DNA from: Trichodelitschia bisporula
Taxonomy: Eukaryota
DNA length: 64,000 bases
Direction: 5' to 3'
Assembly (NCBI GenBank): GCA_010356995.1
Contig: ML996691.1
Coordinates: 998,174-1,062,173, forward strand
Positions 25,164-38,490 of the stretch are shown in pieces. Both the position numbers and the translations under genes were made by a program. The notes beneath the pieces are model-generated. The model was not told the DNA's origin. It did not search any database and saw only the letters and a program-made list of their open reading frames with translations. Every line of letters starts with the position of its first letter. The stretch's first letter is position 1.

Positions 25164-25415
25164 ATGTCCCAATCAAATCCCCGCCAGCGCCTCTCCCTCT
25201 ACTCCCACCGCACGCTGTCGCACGACGTCGCCGCCGCGCTCAAGGCCTCGCCGCCCCTCACCATCCGCACGCAAAACATCGAGCCGACGCCCGCACCTCC
25301 CCCATCGCCCGTCGACTTCGGCTCGTATGCCTCGGCTGCGAGTAATGACTCTGAAGCGGTGGACGAGCAGTGGCGCCGGCGGAGAAGTATCTCGGAGCAG
25401 GCCGTTACGGCATAA
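25164..25415 (+). CDS. 83-aa Ser/Pro-rich microprotein
   Basis: TATAAA at 25083, C/A-rich leader, CAAAATG start context, C-ending codon bias, and a U-rich 3' region after the stop. Confidence 0.65.
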   Translation: MSQSNPRQRLSLYSHRTLSHDVAAALKASPPLTIRTQNIEPTPAPPPSPVDFGSYASAASNDSEAVDEQWRRRRSISEQAVTA

Positions 25416-26379
25416 GCGCCCTTCAGTGCGCTTCACTTGACTCGTCACGCCCCTCGGCATAGTTCGCTTCTGGAAGTGGGTATGACAGGGGCAGGGGCGA
25501 TGGCACTCTCGTTTTGATTTGTATATTCTGTTTTTGGGCGCTGTGGCATCTTTATTCGGCAGCAGGTGGAGTCGGGCATCGTGGGATACTTCCGGCACAC
25601 TTGGGCATTGGCGTGTTACAGGCAAGCAAGCGGCGGCAGCACATATTTAGGATACCTCTTTTCCTTCATCGATACCATGGCTTTCTCGTCTTTCCTAACA
25701 GCATCCCTTTCAACCAGTGTACTTCTCAGCTTCCGTTCAACATACCTCCCATCCTTCTCGGTCTCATCATTTTAACTTGGAATCATTGTACCTCGTATCT
25801 TGTTTGATTACCGTCTCTATCCGTCGTCGTCGAGGCTGGAAGCTCCATTGCTTTCGTGGGGGTAGAATGAGCTGGGGATGCTCGGGTCCGTTCTGGGGTT
25901 GACAGGAGTAGTTGATGCAATGATACATGACACGGGATGCGTGCGATGCGTCGTCATCCTCTTTCAGTGGAAGCATTGCAAGCCACCGGTGTTATGGACC
26001 ATCAAGTCAACGGCCCTGGTAAACCCCAGATCGGACCCGAGCCTCCCCAGCTCCCATCGTAGGAATAGAATGAGATCGGGAGTCGGATTGCAAAAGCACA
26101 AGGAGCGTCGACGGTCTCGTGACGGTTTCTCTCCATCTCTCTAGCATATCCCGATTAGGGCCATGATCATTCATCTTGTCACCCATTCCACCGTCAGTAC
26201 CGCCCCAGTTACACCAGATCACCAACCCAAATCGCAGATCCCCCAGCAATCACTCCAACACCACAGAACCTTCCAAAAACCCGAAGGATCAAACCCGATC
26301 CCAACCCCTTGCAACTACCCAAAAAGAAAGTCCATCCCAGATGCCCATTCCCCACATGCATATCCCGCCGTACCAAAAA

Positions 26380-26473
26380 TGATTCAGCCCGGATTCGAAC
26401 CGGGGACCACCTGTGAACACTCGCAAAGGAGCGCATGTTAGACAGGTGTGATAACCGACTACACCACTGAACC
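26380..26473 (-). tRNA. tRNA-Val(AAC) with 20-nt intron
   Basis: Minus strand reads GGTTCAG TGGTGTAGTCGGTTATCAC A CCTGT CT AAC A [intron tgcgctcctttgcgagtgtt] C ACAGG TGGTC CCCGG TTCGAAT CCGGG CTGAATC A. All stems pair, and TTTTT (Pol III terminator) follows directly. Confidence 0.95.
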
Positions 26474-27192
26474 GCTTAATGAAACCCCTTCTTCCCCCTG
26501 GGTTCGTGAGTGGAGACCGGGAGAAAGGACGGGAGGCTGGAAAGTGGCGACGCGCGGACTAAGATCGGACGAGGTCGTTATCTTAGGAAACAGCCTTGAG
26601 TACAGACCGGACTTGCTGTAACGTCCATGCTTGCCTTTTGATCCTCTTCTTTGGGTGGATCGAGGGTGGCGTACGCTGAGAAATCTGGTGAAGGCGATCG
26701 ATGTTGCGGTTTCATGATCACAATCAGAAACGGCGCTTCTTTCAATTCGAATAGCGCATTAGGCATGGCCCATTCGAGCGTATTCAAGATGTAGCCCAGT
26801 CCGTCTGGTGCAGCTACGGATATTTCTAGAGCGCCGGAAGAATCGTCAAGGATCAAAAAACGATCCGCCCAGGCCACATTCTATGTCTTGTTCAAAAGGC
26901 CATGCCGTCTCAGCATACAGTGAGACGGAAATGAAGGCTAGTTCTTCAACAAACATCTCATTATCTCAGACACCGTCGCCAGCTTGATAGAGGACGTTGA
27001 AATCTTAGTGCACAGACAAAGTCATCCATTTCGGGCAAGGAGTCAGTTCGTAGCATTTTGCATTTTTGGAATTCTCATATCCCCGTTGTTCGCCTCATGC
27101 AAGTTGCAGTGCCGTAAGAAACCAGGCTCCGTCCGAGTGAAAGGCAAAAAAGGAAGACAGGACCCATCAGAATCTCCCACACAACCACACGC

Positions 27193-28231
27193 CTAGACCT
27201 TGAAACCACGCGAACGTCTCCGACCACGGGCACGCTCGAACTTGCGGCCCTTGCTCTCAACGTAAGGCTTCTTGTGCGAGTGGGGACCGAAGCCGAAGTG
27301 CTTGACGGCCTCGCGGGCGTTCTTCGGGCCGCGGAGGAGCAGGGTGTTGGCACCGGTGGGAGAGCGCTGCACTGAGTTAGTTCTGATTGGATGAGGTTGT
27401 CCGAGATATTCACCTGCGCAAGCTCGTCCAGGGTCAGGCACTCGCCACCAGCCTTCAGGATGCGGGCACGGGCAGTCGCGGTGAAGCGCATGGCCGCAAT
27501 GGAGAGCTTGGGAACCTCGAGCAGGCTGCTGAGATTAGTTTTCATTCACATACGCTCAACATATGGACGTACCGAGTGTCATCAGTGACCTTGCCGACAA
27601 CGACGATCGTCTTGCCCTCGTGGGTCTTCGCGGTGTGCTCGTTGGCAGCAGAGGCCACGATGCGGGACAGGGACAGAGGGGGCCCTAGCAAGCTTTATTC
27701 AGCGCCCGAACTGCATACAGCAGTGGACTCGCTTACTGTTGATCTTGGACATCTTAAGACGCCTCAGCACCACCTGGTTGAATGGGCTGTCCGTGCCTGC
27801 ACAGATGTTAGCGTTGGCAATGATATATTTCACTCGGGACCTACGGCGCGCAAGAAAAGCATAGAGCTTGACCAGGAGCTTGACATACGGGTCATCGCTC
27901 TTCGGGGCCTTGCGGTGCGAGTTCCGCACGTGGTGCTTATCCAGACTGTCCAATGTTAGCTACGAGGTGGTTGACGGAAACGGTCGTTCGCTGGAACTCG
28001 GAGCAGCCAGCCGCGTTGACACTAGGTTCAAAGATCGTGCTTCGAGGAGCCATATTTGCAAAGGTGAAGCCATGTTCTCGAGAGAGACCGGTGGCCGCAA
28101 ATTTGGCATCGAGAGCACGATTCATCGCCAATTGTGCCCACAAAGGCCAGTGTCTGCAGCGAGCTGGTTGTCCGAGGTCCAAAGAATATCCGAGTAGACG
28201 AAGCATTAGACAAAACGTACTCAATACCCAT
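27193..28231 (-). CDS. RPL18: 60S ribosomal protein eL18, 5 introns
   Basis: Spliced product [51 protein letters not shown]...[19 protein letters not shown]. Intron 1 is 27946-28220. Confidence 0.97.
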
Positions 28232-28867
28232 GGCAACTGTGGTTGGCGATTGTCGGCGGAAACTGGAGTGGGTGTGGAATTGAAAAAGAGACTCAGTGTG
28301 GAGGAGGATTTCGCTCGGTTATCTCCCGCTCCGTGGGCTTGGCACGCGTTTGTGCTTTGATGCCTGGCGCGTGTGGCTTTGTGCCTTGGCGCCTTTCGAT
28401 ATCAGATTTACTGCCCCGAAGGCTTCCATGCACTCGAGACGTGCATGGGCTGCCTGCATTCTCGTGTCTATTCAAATTATGCAGTGCACAACTTCGACCG
28501 GCAGAGCTTATCATCAGTTATAGCGGCAAGATACGTCTGACACCATTTCATATTACAGAGAATAATATGCAACACGACCTCTAAGGGAAGCCTGTCTTGA
28601 TCGACAAAGTCGACGCTCCGAGTGATAAAGTACAAGTTCCATGTAGACCCCCGATCGTCATCTATCCTACTCATCGATCGCCGTAAAACGCCCGTAAATC
28701 CATCTGACCGAGCCCAATGCAAGTACAAGGCGCTAGAACGTGTGCATACCTCCGTTGCCCGCATGTGAGAGAGAAAACAGAAGTGACGGTTCCTGCGGTG
28801 GAGACATCGTGAAGGAGTGGGCAACAAGCTACAAAGCTGTTGATGGTTGCTGAAGGGTATCTACTGT

Positions 28868-29980
28868 CTAGATTTCTTCTGTCGGGGGCGCTAAGGAAAG
28901 GAATAAGTCCCTGGCGAGCTCATAGCTATACCAGGATGCCGCCATGCTAGGTGCTACCTTCAGGAGATTGGGTACGATGCCCTTGTAGAGCCCACGCCAT
29001 CCCTCCAGTTTGATGATCGACACGATAGCATTGGTGACGGAGCTGTAATGGTAGCCCATTCCAGACATGGTGTTCACTTGGAACCGCCGACGCAGCACGT
29101 CACTGAGTACTTATCAGCAAAGACCCCTCCGGTTGCGTCCAAATAACTTACAAAGGGTACGTGCAAGTCTGTGCAACAGCCCCAGCAATAGCTCCAGCCG
29201 CAAGCTTGCCAAGTCCCACAGGGTCCTTCTCGCCCGGACGAGTGAAGTACTGGCGCATGCTCTCATACACCATGAAATTCAACCCGACCTGCTTATGTCA
29301 GCCACAAGTGCAAAAGGTATACAAGAAGGTACACACATAGGGTGCAACTCCGGCGATCGTAGGAACAATTCCACGGTACAGGGCGGTGATGCCCCCTTCC
29401 GTCTTGTACATGATCACCATTGATTCCCACATCCCTGGCAATTTCTCCTTAGCGCGATCTCCGAGCTCCTTGAACGAAGCTGACTGAATCGACAACCGAG
29501 TCCGGACAATGTCGAGCGGGTAGGTGAACGTTACAGAGGTGATACCGGCACAAGCGCCGCACACAAGCCGCTGCGCGGCATTCAGTTTCGCCCCGGGTGT
29601 GTTCTCGAAGTACTGCGCATTTTAGTCAAATGCCCCTTGGCCGTCAAGGGTTTACGTACGCGTTTGTAGAAATTGTAGCTCCCAAACTGTACGGCGGAGT
29701 ATGGGACGATCCGTATGCAATTGGTGCCGTTCCCTGCCATGAACCCCCGCATGCCTTCCTCGCGCCACATCTTCATGAGGGCCTTTGGAACTGACATCTT
29801 ATATGCGTCCCGCCCAGCACTCTGGACCTGGAAGAGGATCTTTAAGCGCTCCAAGGGAGAGACGACAGTGCGCGATACGGCGCCGGCGATGCCGCCTGCA
29901 GTGAACGATGCGACTACCGGCTGCGACAACGCTAAACGTAGTTGCAGCAAGCGCTGAGGTGGCGCAGTGTCTGCCGACAT
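28868..29980 (-). CDS. Mitochondrial carrier (SLC25), YPR011C/SLC25A42-like, 3 introns
   Basis: Three carrier repeats with P-x-[DE]-x-x-[KR] signatures: SPLERLK, YPLDIVR and YPFDVLR. Confidence 0.93.
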
Positions 29981-31872
29981 ATTGGCGGGGACCTTGGTCT
30001 GTAGAGGCTTAGTCGGCAAAGATCGTGATAGGAGGCGAAGAAAGAGGGGGTGTGGTGTAAGAATATTGAACGTACATTGTCGAGTGTCGACATAAAGGCG
30101 AAGCTTCGTAGATGTCCAACGGCGCACGGCTTTTCTGTGGCTGCGACCCACTTCGGGGCAGAAGCGGCTCCCAGGGTACCGCGACTTCTCCTTAACAGGT
30201 ATGCCTTGTATGCGCGTCAGGGAAGGCGCGACGGTGCTTTGTCGACAGTGCTCGTCAACACAACCAGAGCTACCGGAGCGGGGGGTTCGACGGGAAGGAA
30301 CGGGAGCTCATGGGAGATTGCCGAGATGATGTCGCGCGCGGCGAGCAAAAGTGACAACTCCTGAGGACACGGTGTGTGCGGAGAAGGAGGAAGGAGTGAT
30401 GGGGTCCCATACAAGGAGTGGCGGTTGCCGAAAAAAAGATGTGGCGAGGCTGGACAGTAGGTTGCGGGGAAGTTTAAGGATTGCGCAATGGCGAGCGTGA
30501 CTGTAAGTGTGATGTGGAGATGCGCGATCGCAGGTGGGCTCGTAAGGTTCTTGGGAGGGTGCGTGCTTTGACTGCAGCACATCCACCGCGTTTGGGCTAC
30601 CGTATTTGCGGGGGTCTCGCCGAAAACTTCGCCGGGTGCCGGCTTGGGCCGCCTGCGGCATTCACTATCACTGCTTTTCCTGTGCCAAGCCGTTGGACGG
30701 ACAGCGACAACTGATATCGAACTATCAACCACAAGCTGCACGACCGAAGCTGCTACCGTACTTAGGGTCCTCGTGATGCTCGCTGGCCAGTCAAGTCTCG
30801 GTTGAGGGACATGTCACGATGCCTCTTGGGAGACAGGACAGGCTGACTCGTCCAAACTCCAAAAGAGCCCATTTCCGGACAGGATCCTAACCGGTCTAAA
30901 CTATTGACCGCTTCACATCTGCTGGCTTCCCAAGTTTCGACTTCGCCACGCATACTTCATATCCAGTCAGTGATTGCAGCCGCTGGAGTGCTTGCAGATT
31001 GGTGGTCCCGGCCGACAAGAACATGGCCGAGGGGCATCAAATCAAGAGCCATGTCAGGAAATCAGCCGCAGTTTATAGCCAGTCGAATGCGCCGCTACTT
31101 TCCCGTGGACAGTGTTCTAGCGCGAGTCGTTTCAACATCTATCCTTCGTGTGTCCAGGATGCCCCATCATTTGTATGTGCTTTTGCGATAAACGTATGCA
31201 AGTCATGCTGTTGGGTTCTGAGTGCAACTTATGTTTTCTCAGTCTCGAGTTAAAGAGTTCCTCGGGATGCTTTACGATGCCTGGAATTAGCTTGAGGTGG
31301 ATGGTGTATGCAGACCAAGACGTTCTGATCTGAATGTTAGGGACTGTAAGACGGAAGATAGGCTTTGACTGAAGTAGCTTTCACCTTGGTGAGGTGTAAA
31401 GCAGTGTGACCTCGCCATCCCACCGTTGGGCCGATCACAACGAGATATCAGATGTCCGACCTTGGAGTCACGGGAAAGTGGTCCTACGTCGTCCGAAGAG
31501 TCTCAAGTACAAAGGATGTCTGCATCTGAAAGCGAAGGTAGAAAAGTTAACAGAGCACAAGATCGGGCGCATATCTACATGGCGGTACCCGTGCAATGGT
31601 CGTCCGTATCGATCTATAGGTAGTAATAAGCAGCCTACGCCTTGCCAGTTAGGATAGCTGAACAGGTAGCCTTGTGTGAGGGGCCTGAATTCATGTAATC
31701 AATATGCAAGAAGTGACAAGCAAGTGTGGCTCAGCAGGTCCAGAGATAGGCAGCCCAAAGGGCATCATCCTGACGTGACAAAGCATTGGAGAGTGAAGTA
31801 TCTGTAGGAGAAGGAGCGTCACAGACTGAGGTTCACCTTCCAAGCTGTCACCTTCCAGCGGTTTCGAGGCCT

Positions 31873-31880
31873 TATAAATA
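31873..31880 (+). promoter_or_regulatory. TATA box of UBC4
   Basis: TATAAATA followed by a pyrimidine-rich tract, upstream of a probable 5'UTR intron (32002-32175). Confidence 0.6.
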
Positions 31881-32353
31881 GACCATTTTGCCTCCCTTCC
31901 TCTGCCTTTTTCTTGCACACACCATACTGCACTCGTAGATTCGCAGAGTTAAAAGAAAGATAAAGCGGTCAAAACGTACCCCTTGCTTTGAGACTTTGAA
32001 GGTAAGAACAGACTGAAGAGAAGAAGAGAAGAAACAACAACACACACGACTCCTCAAGTTTCTCCGAGATTCCGACGTCACCTGGTGGTCTCTTCGTGTT
32101 TGGCGCTTTCCCCTCCATTCTCGCCTTGACCCCTGTCTCATTTTGCCTAGACGCTAAACTGTTTCTGCTTTCCAGCCCACTTTCCTTCCTCCCCTTCCCA
32201 GCAGACAATCCTCCACCAACTCGGCCCAAACCAACTCGCTGACTTGCCCGCCTCTGCCATAACAACCCCCAACTACAACCCCTCCACCCCCCACCCCACA
32301 ATACACCAACCCCGCCCGCAAGCAACCGCACATACTCGCCTTCCAGCATCGCT

Positions 32354-33167
<814 letters not shown>

Positions 33168-33737
33168 TTTGCGACGTTTGATATCATGATGGGAGATATG
33201 GGGTTTGATGGTTGCAGGGGGGGTGCCATAGCTGTGATACGCATGACAAAGTCTTTGTAGAGCAGATTTTCGGCTGGAGTTTGTGCGGGAGAATCGACAT
33301 CACTTTGACAGGGACCTTGTTAATGCTTTCACAGTGAGTGCTCGCTTGCTGCGTCTTTGTTATTGCCGGACGTTGGCTGTTTTCCACGTATGCATCTGCC
33401 GGGACTTTGTTCTGTAACAGGGCGTGTGTTCGAGGCGAAATTGCATTCAGGTTTAGATCGATTTACGACGATATGTGGTTGCTTGATTGTCCTGCCCTTA
33501 TTACTCTTCCGAGTCTCTTACTTTGCCCTACCATTTGGAGAAGAGTGTCGTAACACAGTAGATGTCTTCTTCCTCACCGCGCAACCCTGTCGCCATACGC
33601 CTTGCTATATCTACACGCGAAAGTCTATAAAACCGCGTCTCGATGCCCCGCTTAACGTCCTGCTTACGCTAGGCCATGCAGACCACCATTCACAGCTGCT
33701 CAGCTGCTCAGCTGCGTCTTAGGTGCAAGCAGCAACC

Positions 33738-35589
33738 TCAGGACGTCGTCCCCGCGGTCATCTTTAGAGAGACCTTGCGATCCACCTTACCGGCCTCCAA
33801 TTGCGCCGCATACGCCTCCGCTGTCTTGCGGCGTAGCCTGAACGCCTCATAGCAGTGCCCGACAAGCGGCGAGAGCAGCGACCCTTCCGACGTCTGGCTC
33901 TTGAGGCTATGCTCCAACAAGCCGCGAAGGTAGGCCAACGTCGTCTGGATGTGCTTGATGCCGTATGATTTGTGGCCGAGGTCGTTGAGCGGGTCGGCAG
34001 GGTCCTGGAGGACCAGGCTGTAGGGCTGGAAGGGGCTTATGCTGCTGATGTGGCAGAGACCGGCGAATACCTAGGCGGTTAGTTGGATTTCGGGGGATTG
34101 GAGAGGAACGTACGGGGTCTTCCTCCATTTGGTCGCGGACTGCCTCTGGAAGCCGGACGTTGAGAGGGCGCTTGTGCGCGAGGAATGGGGGTTCGATGGA
34201 TATGGCGGTCTTGTATGTGTTCAGGTTGGTGTAGAACTTGAGCACTGCGCACAGCTTGTGGCCAACCGAGTCGCCCTCAGTGCTTGTGCCGAGCTTGAGT
34301 GCCGCAACAATCATCATGACAAGAGTGTACGAGCCCACGCCGCCACGGTAGACATCGGTGAGACCGCGAATTTCGAGAGCGGTCTTTAGTACAGCGTAAA
34401 TGGGGAAGAGGTCCTTATCTTCCTCCAAATATCGTTTTATCAACTCTCGGGACCTCGAGGTATCGTTGCAGCTGACGACTTGCAAATCTATGCGCGACAG
34501 AGTATGCTGCGCGGTGACCAAAGGGTAGCGAGCATACCGCATCTTAGACATGCGAAAATGCGGATGTGCATAGAATGCCGAATTAAGCTTCACCAAATCG
34601 CGCAGCAACAGCTTTCTAACGTTGAACCGGGGTGCCATGTTCGCCTCAGTCTCGGAGGCGGTCTCCCGGAAGAGACGGATATCGATGTCGGAACTCAATA
34701 GTGTTAATCCGGTCCGATATGACCCAAAGACCTCCGTTCGGCAATGAGGCAAAACTTCGTGGACCAAGTCGCGGGTTCCCTGGATGGTGGCCTCGGTTGC
34801 GAGCCGTTCTCGAGGAGTCGGAACAATGTATTTAGCAAAACCGTTGATTTCTTCTGAAAGTCTAAGATAAGAGTCAGTCTTGTTCCAAGTGCAAAGACCA
34901 ACACACCTTTCAAATCCCCTAGAGTGCGACAGTCCCTGCATCCAAGGCAGCCTCGTGGCGGGAACAGGCCTCCCGATGTTCGGGAGCACGTACTGCCCCT
35001 CGTATTCCAAAGGCGTGGTGTCGTTTACCATTGACTTCAGAATCTTCTTCGCCTTTGGCGTCGCCCCAGCCGTTTCTATGTTGAGGTGCTTGAACCAGAG
35101 GTCCTCCGGGTCGTCAAGTGTGCCCTTTTGCTCATCTTTCGGCTCCTCCACTTTGCGAGCCGCGTTCGGGAGTTCTGGTCGATAGCACCCCGCCGAGGGC
35201 CCCACCTTCACTGTATGAATGAGCTCGGATCGATTCTTGTCGCGATGCAGCTCCAGCGTTTTCGCAACACTCGAGGGGTCTATGCACTCGACATGAACTT
35301 GCTTAATGTGGTCGCTCTTTCTCCGGCGGGATACCAATTGTCTATAGCGCTCCTTTGTCGAGGCTGGATGGACCGTGAAGATCAGTAGTTGTGAGTTCTC
35401 CGTCGAGGCGGCGGGAAGATCGGACGCGGTGGTGTTGGCTTCAGCATCTTGACTTGATCTTGTGCTGGATGTGTATTCCTTCGAGAACCTCGGACGAGAT
35501 TGGGGTTCGACGAAGAGAGCCCATACGGCGCGACTTGGACGGAAAGCGTTCCCAGACGCACAGGCAATGCGACTGCGAGTAACTGACAT
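33738..35589 (-). CDS. Non-canonical poly(A) polymerase / terminal nucleotidyltransferase (Trf4/Cid family), 2 introns
   Basis: Pol-beta NTase motif FGSYRTGLTLLSSDIDI, LTDVYRGGVGSYTLVMM, and PAP-associated LVLQDPADPLNDLG after splicing. Confidence 0.88.
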
Positions 35590-35883
35590 GGGAAGTTGGA
35601 ATGGCCGCCAGTGAGGTTTTGCGCGAGCGTCGGGTTAACTGAGCTAGAACTTGACGTTGGAACTTTTACGCCGGACTCGCGGTAACATATCGCCGTTGAT
35701 GCCTTATCAGTGAGGCCTAATGCTGCCTGAGGCTGTACCACCAACCACGCAGCACAATGGTCAATACCTGAACAAAGTGACGATTTCCGCGCAAAGAGAC
35801 CCATCGAGCTTCGTTATTTCTGCAAAATCTTGTCTGTAGGTCTCAACTAACCTGGGAAGCTGGCCAGCCGGCCTTTGCTAGCT

Positions 35884-37798
35884 ATGGAGAAGCTGAAGCA
35901 GCTCCTCCACCCTGGTCGCTCCCTCGCCCTAGAAGAATGGCCCTCATTCAGGCAGTGGGCTGTATGCTTGTAAGGCCGTGGCACGTTGCGCAACTGGGAA
36001 TCTACCAGGCTAACCTTAGGATCTTAGTATTGTTTGCAACTTTAACGTGGATGTCGGTAAGTAGACCAAGTGCACTTTTATTCACTTCATTCGCTACTTT
36101 GCTTTGTTATTCATGTTCAAAACAAGCTCAAAAGCGCAACCTAAAGCTTGAGAAACGATGACGATCATGTCGATATTCCCGTGGTTCAATGTACAGGGCA
36201 TATGACCAAGAAGAACAAGTTAACATAACCTCAGGCCCGGAGATCGAGCTGATATATCCTCCCGAGGTTTCCTTCACCGCATCCGACCTCTCTGCCATAT
36301 GCTTCAACAGGTCGGTCTCAACACTGCTTTTTAGCCTCACTTACTGATGATCGGTGAAGCTTCCCTGAAAGACATGACACCGACATCGAAGGAGATGTCT
36401 TCTTTCAATTCACAGTTCGCAACAACTCTCCAGATGTTCCGCTCTTATCACCAGCGCCCCCTCATGGCAGCGCAGATGCCTTTTACGGCAATTGCATATT
36501 TCGCCAGGAGTATGACTCCATGACAAAGCGAAGCTTCAACCAAAGGTCTCTTGTACTTATATCAACACATGAGTTCCCGTCTTTCTTCGCCAAACTGCTC
36601 CGCATCGTCACGGACTGTGGCCCTATTAGTGACCCCACAAGACTTGAAGCTGCTTGCTCGCAAATATCGGAATGGCCAGCCCCCTTTGTCGGCCACCTGG
36701 AGCTGCCGTTTCTCGGATCACTGCTCAAGCTCGAGATGTAAGTGACATGTGTCATGCTTAAAGCCTTTGCTCAACGTTCATAGACCTCCACATCCCAGTT
36801 TCCCGCTCCAGGGACTCTGGACTTCCCTTCCGAGATCAGACCTCATATTCGCCTACGAGCCCATGACCTGCTGGGACACCGTTCTCCCCTACATTCCTTC
36901 CCTCGCGGAGCTTTACGTTGTCTACGAGAAGCTCCTCCTAGGCGAGAGCGTCATCGTCCTCGCCAAATCCCCCCACATCTGCGCAGACTTCGTTTCCATC
37001 CTCAACGACCTCATTCGCCCAGTACCCTACGCCGGCGTCCGCCGACCTTATCTAACCATGCAATCCGACTTCTTCATCGGCTCCCATGACCGCGCTACCC
37101 CGCGGCACTTCCTCATCGGCATCACCAACCCCTTCTTGCTGAAGCGCCTCATGACGGCCGCCGAAACCGTCAACAACAGCAGCGCCCCCTCACCCAGCAT
37201 ATCCAGCGACACGCCACACATCCTCTATCTCAAGACCACCCCCGGCCCCCCGAGCGTAAAACCGTACTCCGCGCACCACCGCCGCAAACACACCACCGAA
37301 TTCGACATCCCAGGCGGCCTCGAGCCGCAAGGACCCACAAAACGCTTTCTAAAATCCGACCACGCCTTCACCGCAGCCCTCGACAACGCCCTGCGCGTAG
37401 AGCGCGAGAACCCAACCGGCCCGCCCCTGGCCTCGCCCCTTATCCGCCGGCACTTCGCCGAGCTCACAGCACAGATCCTCGCGCCCATCAACCGCTACCT
37501 GACGACGCACATGAAGGCGAGCTCGAGCGCGGTGCCGGTGCAGGGGAGCAGCTTCGCGGGCCCGTCGCACTATGCCAATTTTTCCCAGGCGACCTTCTTG
37601 CAGAGCCTGGCGAAGCATGGCGCGGCGGTGAAGTTCCGGGGTCAGAACCCGCTGCAGAGGTATAAGGCAAGGGATGCGTTTTATGAGCGCTTTTGTCAGA
37701 GTCATAATTTCTTTGCGTGGTTGGAGATGAAGGTTACGCTGGAGAGGGAGGCGAGTGCTGGGATGCTGGGGGGGCCGGGGACGGGGCCTGTGGCGTAG
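35884..37798 (+). CDS. DENN-domain protein, DENND6/FAM116-like putative Rab GEF, 4 introns
   Basis: Spliced IVCNFNVDVG-PEIELIYPP...ICFNS-FPE, YGNCIFRQEYDSMTKRSFNQRSLVLIS, YEKLLLGESVIVLA, RPYLTMQS, IGITNPF and IRRHFAELT follow the DENND6 motif order. Confidence 0.8.
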
Positions 37799-38490
37799 GG
37801 TGGGATGAGGGCGTTGCGGTGGTGGGTTTTGTGCTACTGTAGCGATGGCGTGGGTCGGGTCTTGTCTGGATGGTTATGGACAATCGGAAGGAATAGGGGC
37901 GGCTTCTTATTCTTCAAGGCGGGCATGGGTGTCGGTCCCATGCAGAATAATAGCCTTGCGATCCGGTAATGCATTCCTAACGGCCGTTTCTGGATACGTG
38001 GACGTGATGATGTCAATTCGATCGTCGAAACCTAGGAATCGTTTTGAACGAGAGTTGGCCTAATATCGGCGTCCTTGACAAGCTACTCGTCCGGTAGGTT
38101 GCGCTTACCATTCGGACCGCGACCCTTCGGAAAGGAGTTCCTGAACCATACCCCAAGAGCCCTCACACATCACCTCACACTGCCGCACCAGCCAGCAATT
38201 AAGATAGTCGTTACGCCAACCACTACGGCAACGCCGTGTCACTCCTCCCCATAGGTACAGTAAAAGCCTTCGGGTATATTAACCAATTCTCCCCAGACCC
38301 AGTACTCAAGTCCATCACCCGCATCTCGCGGGGTCTATCGGGCCGCCCATGTCGGGTCACACTCTCGGCCCGAGCAGATTATCAAGGAAACTCGTAGCTC
38401 ATGACGCTGAGCGCAGATCAGGTACTCAGGGGCACATTTGCGCCCTCCATCCACCGTCACCGAATTGCACACACAGACTCCAACTCGTCC

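Noticed and set aside
26578..26877. 99-aa ORF upstream of the tRNA
   Set aside because: GTG start, no splice partner or motif found, so it cannot be supported.
36058..36234. Box C/D snoRNA in the long DENN-gene intron
   Set aside because: Only degenerate boxes (ATGACGA, ATGA), with no terminal stem or recognisable rRNA guide.
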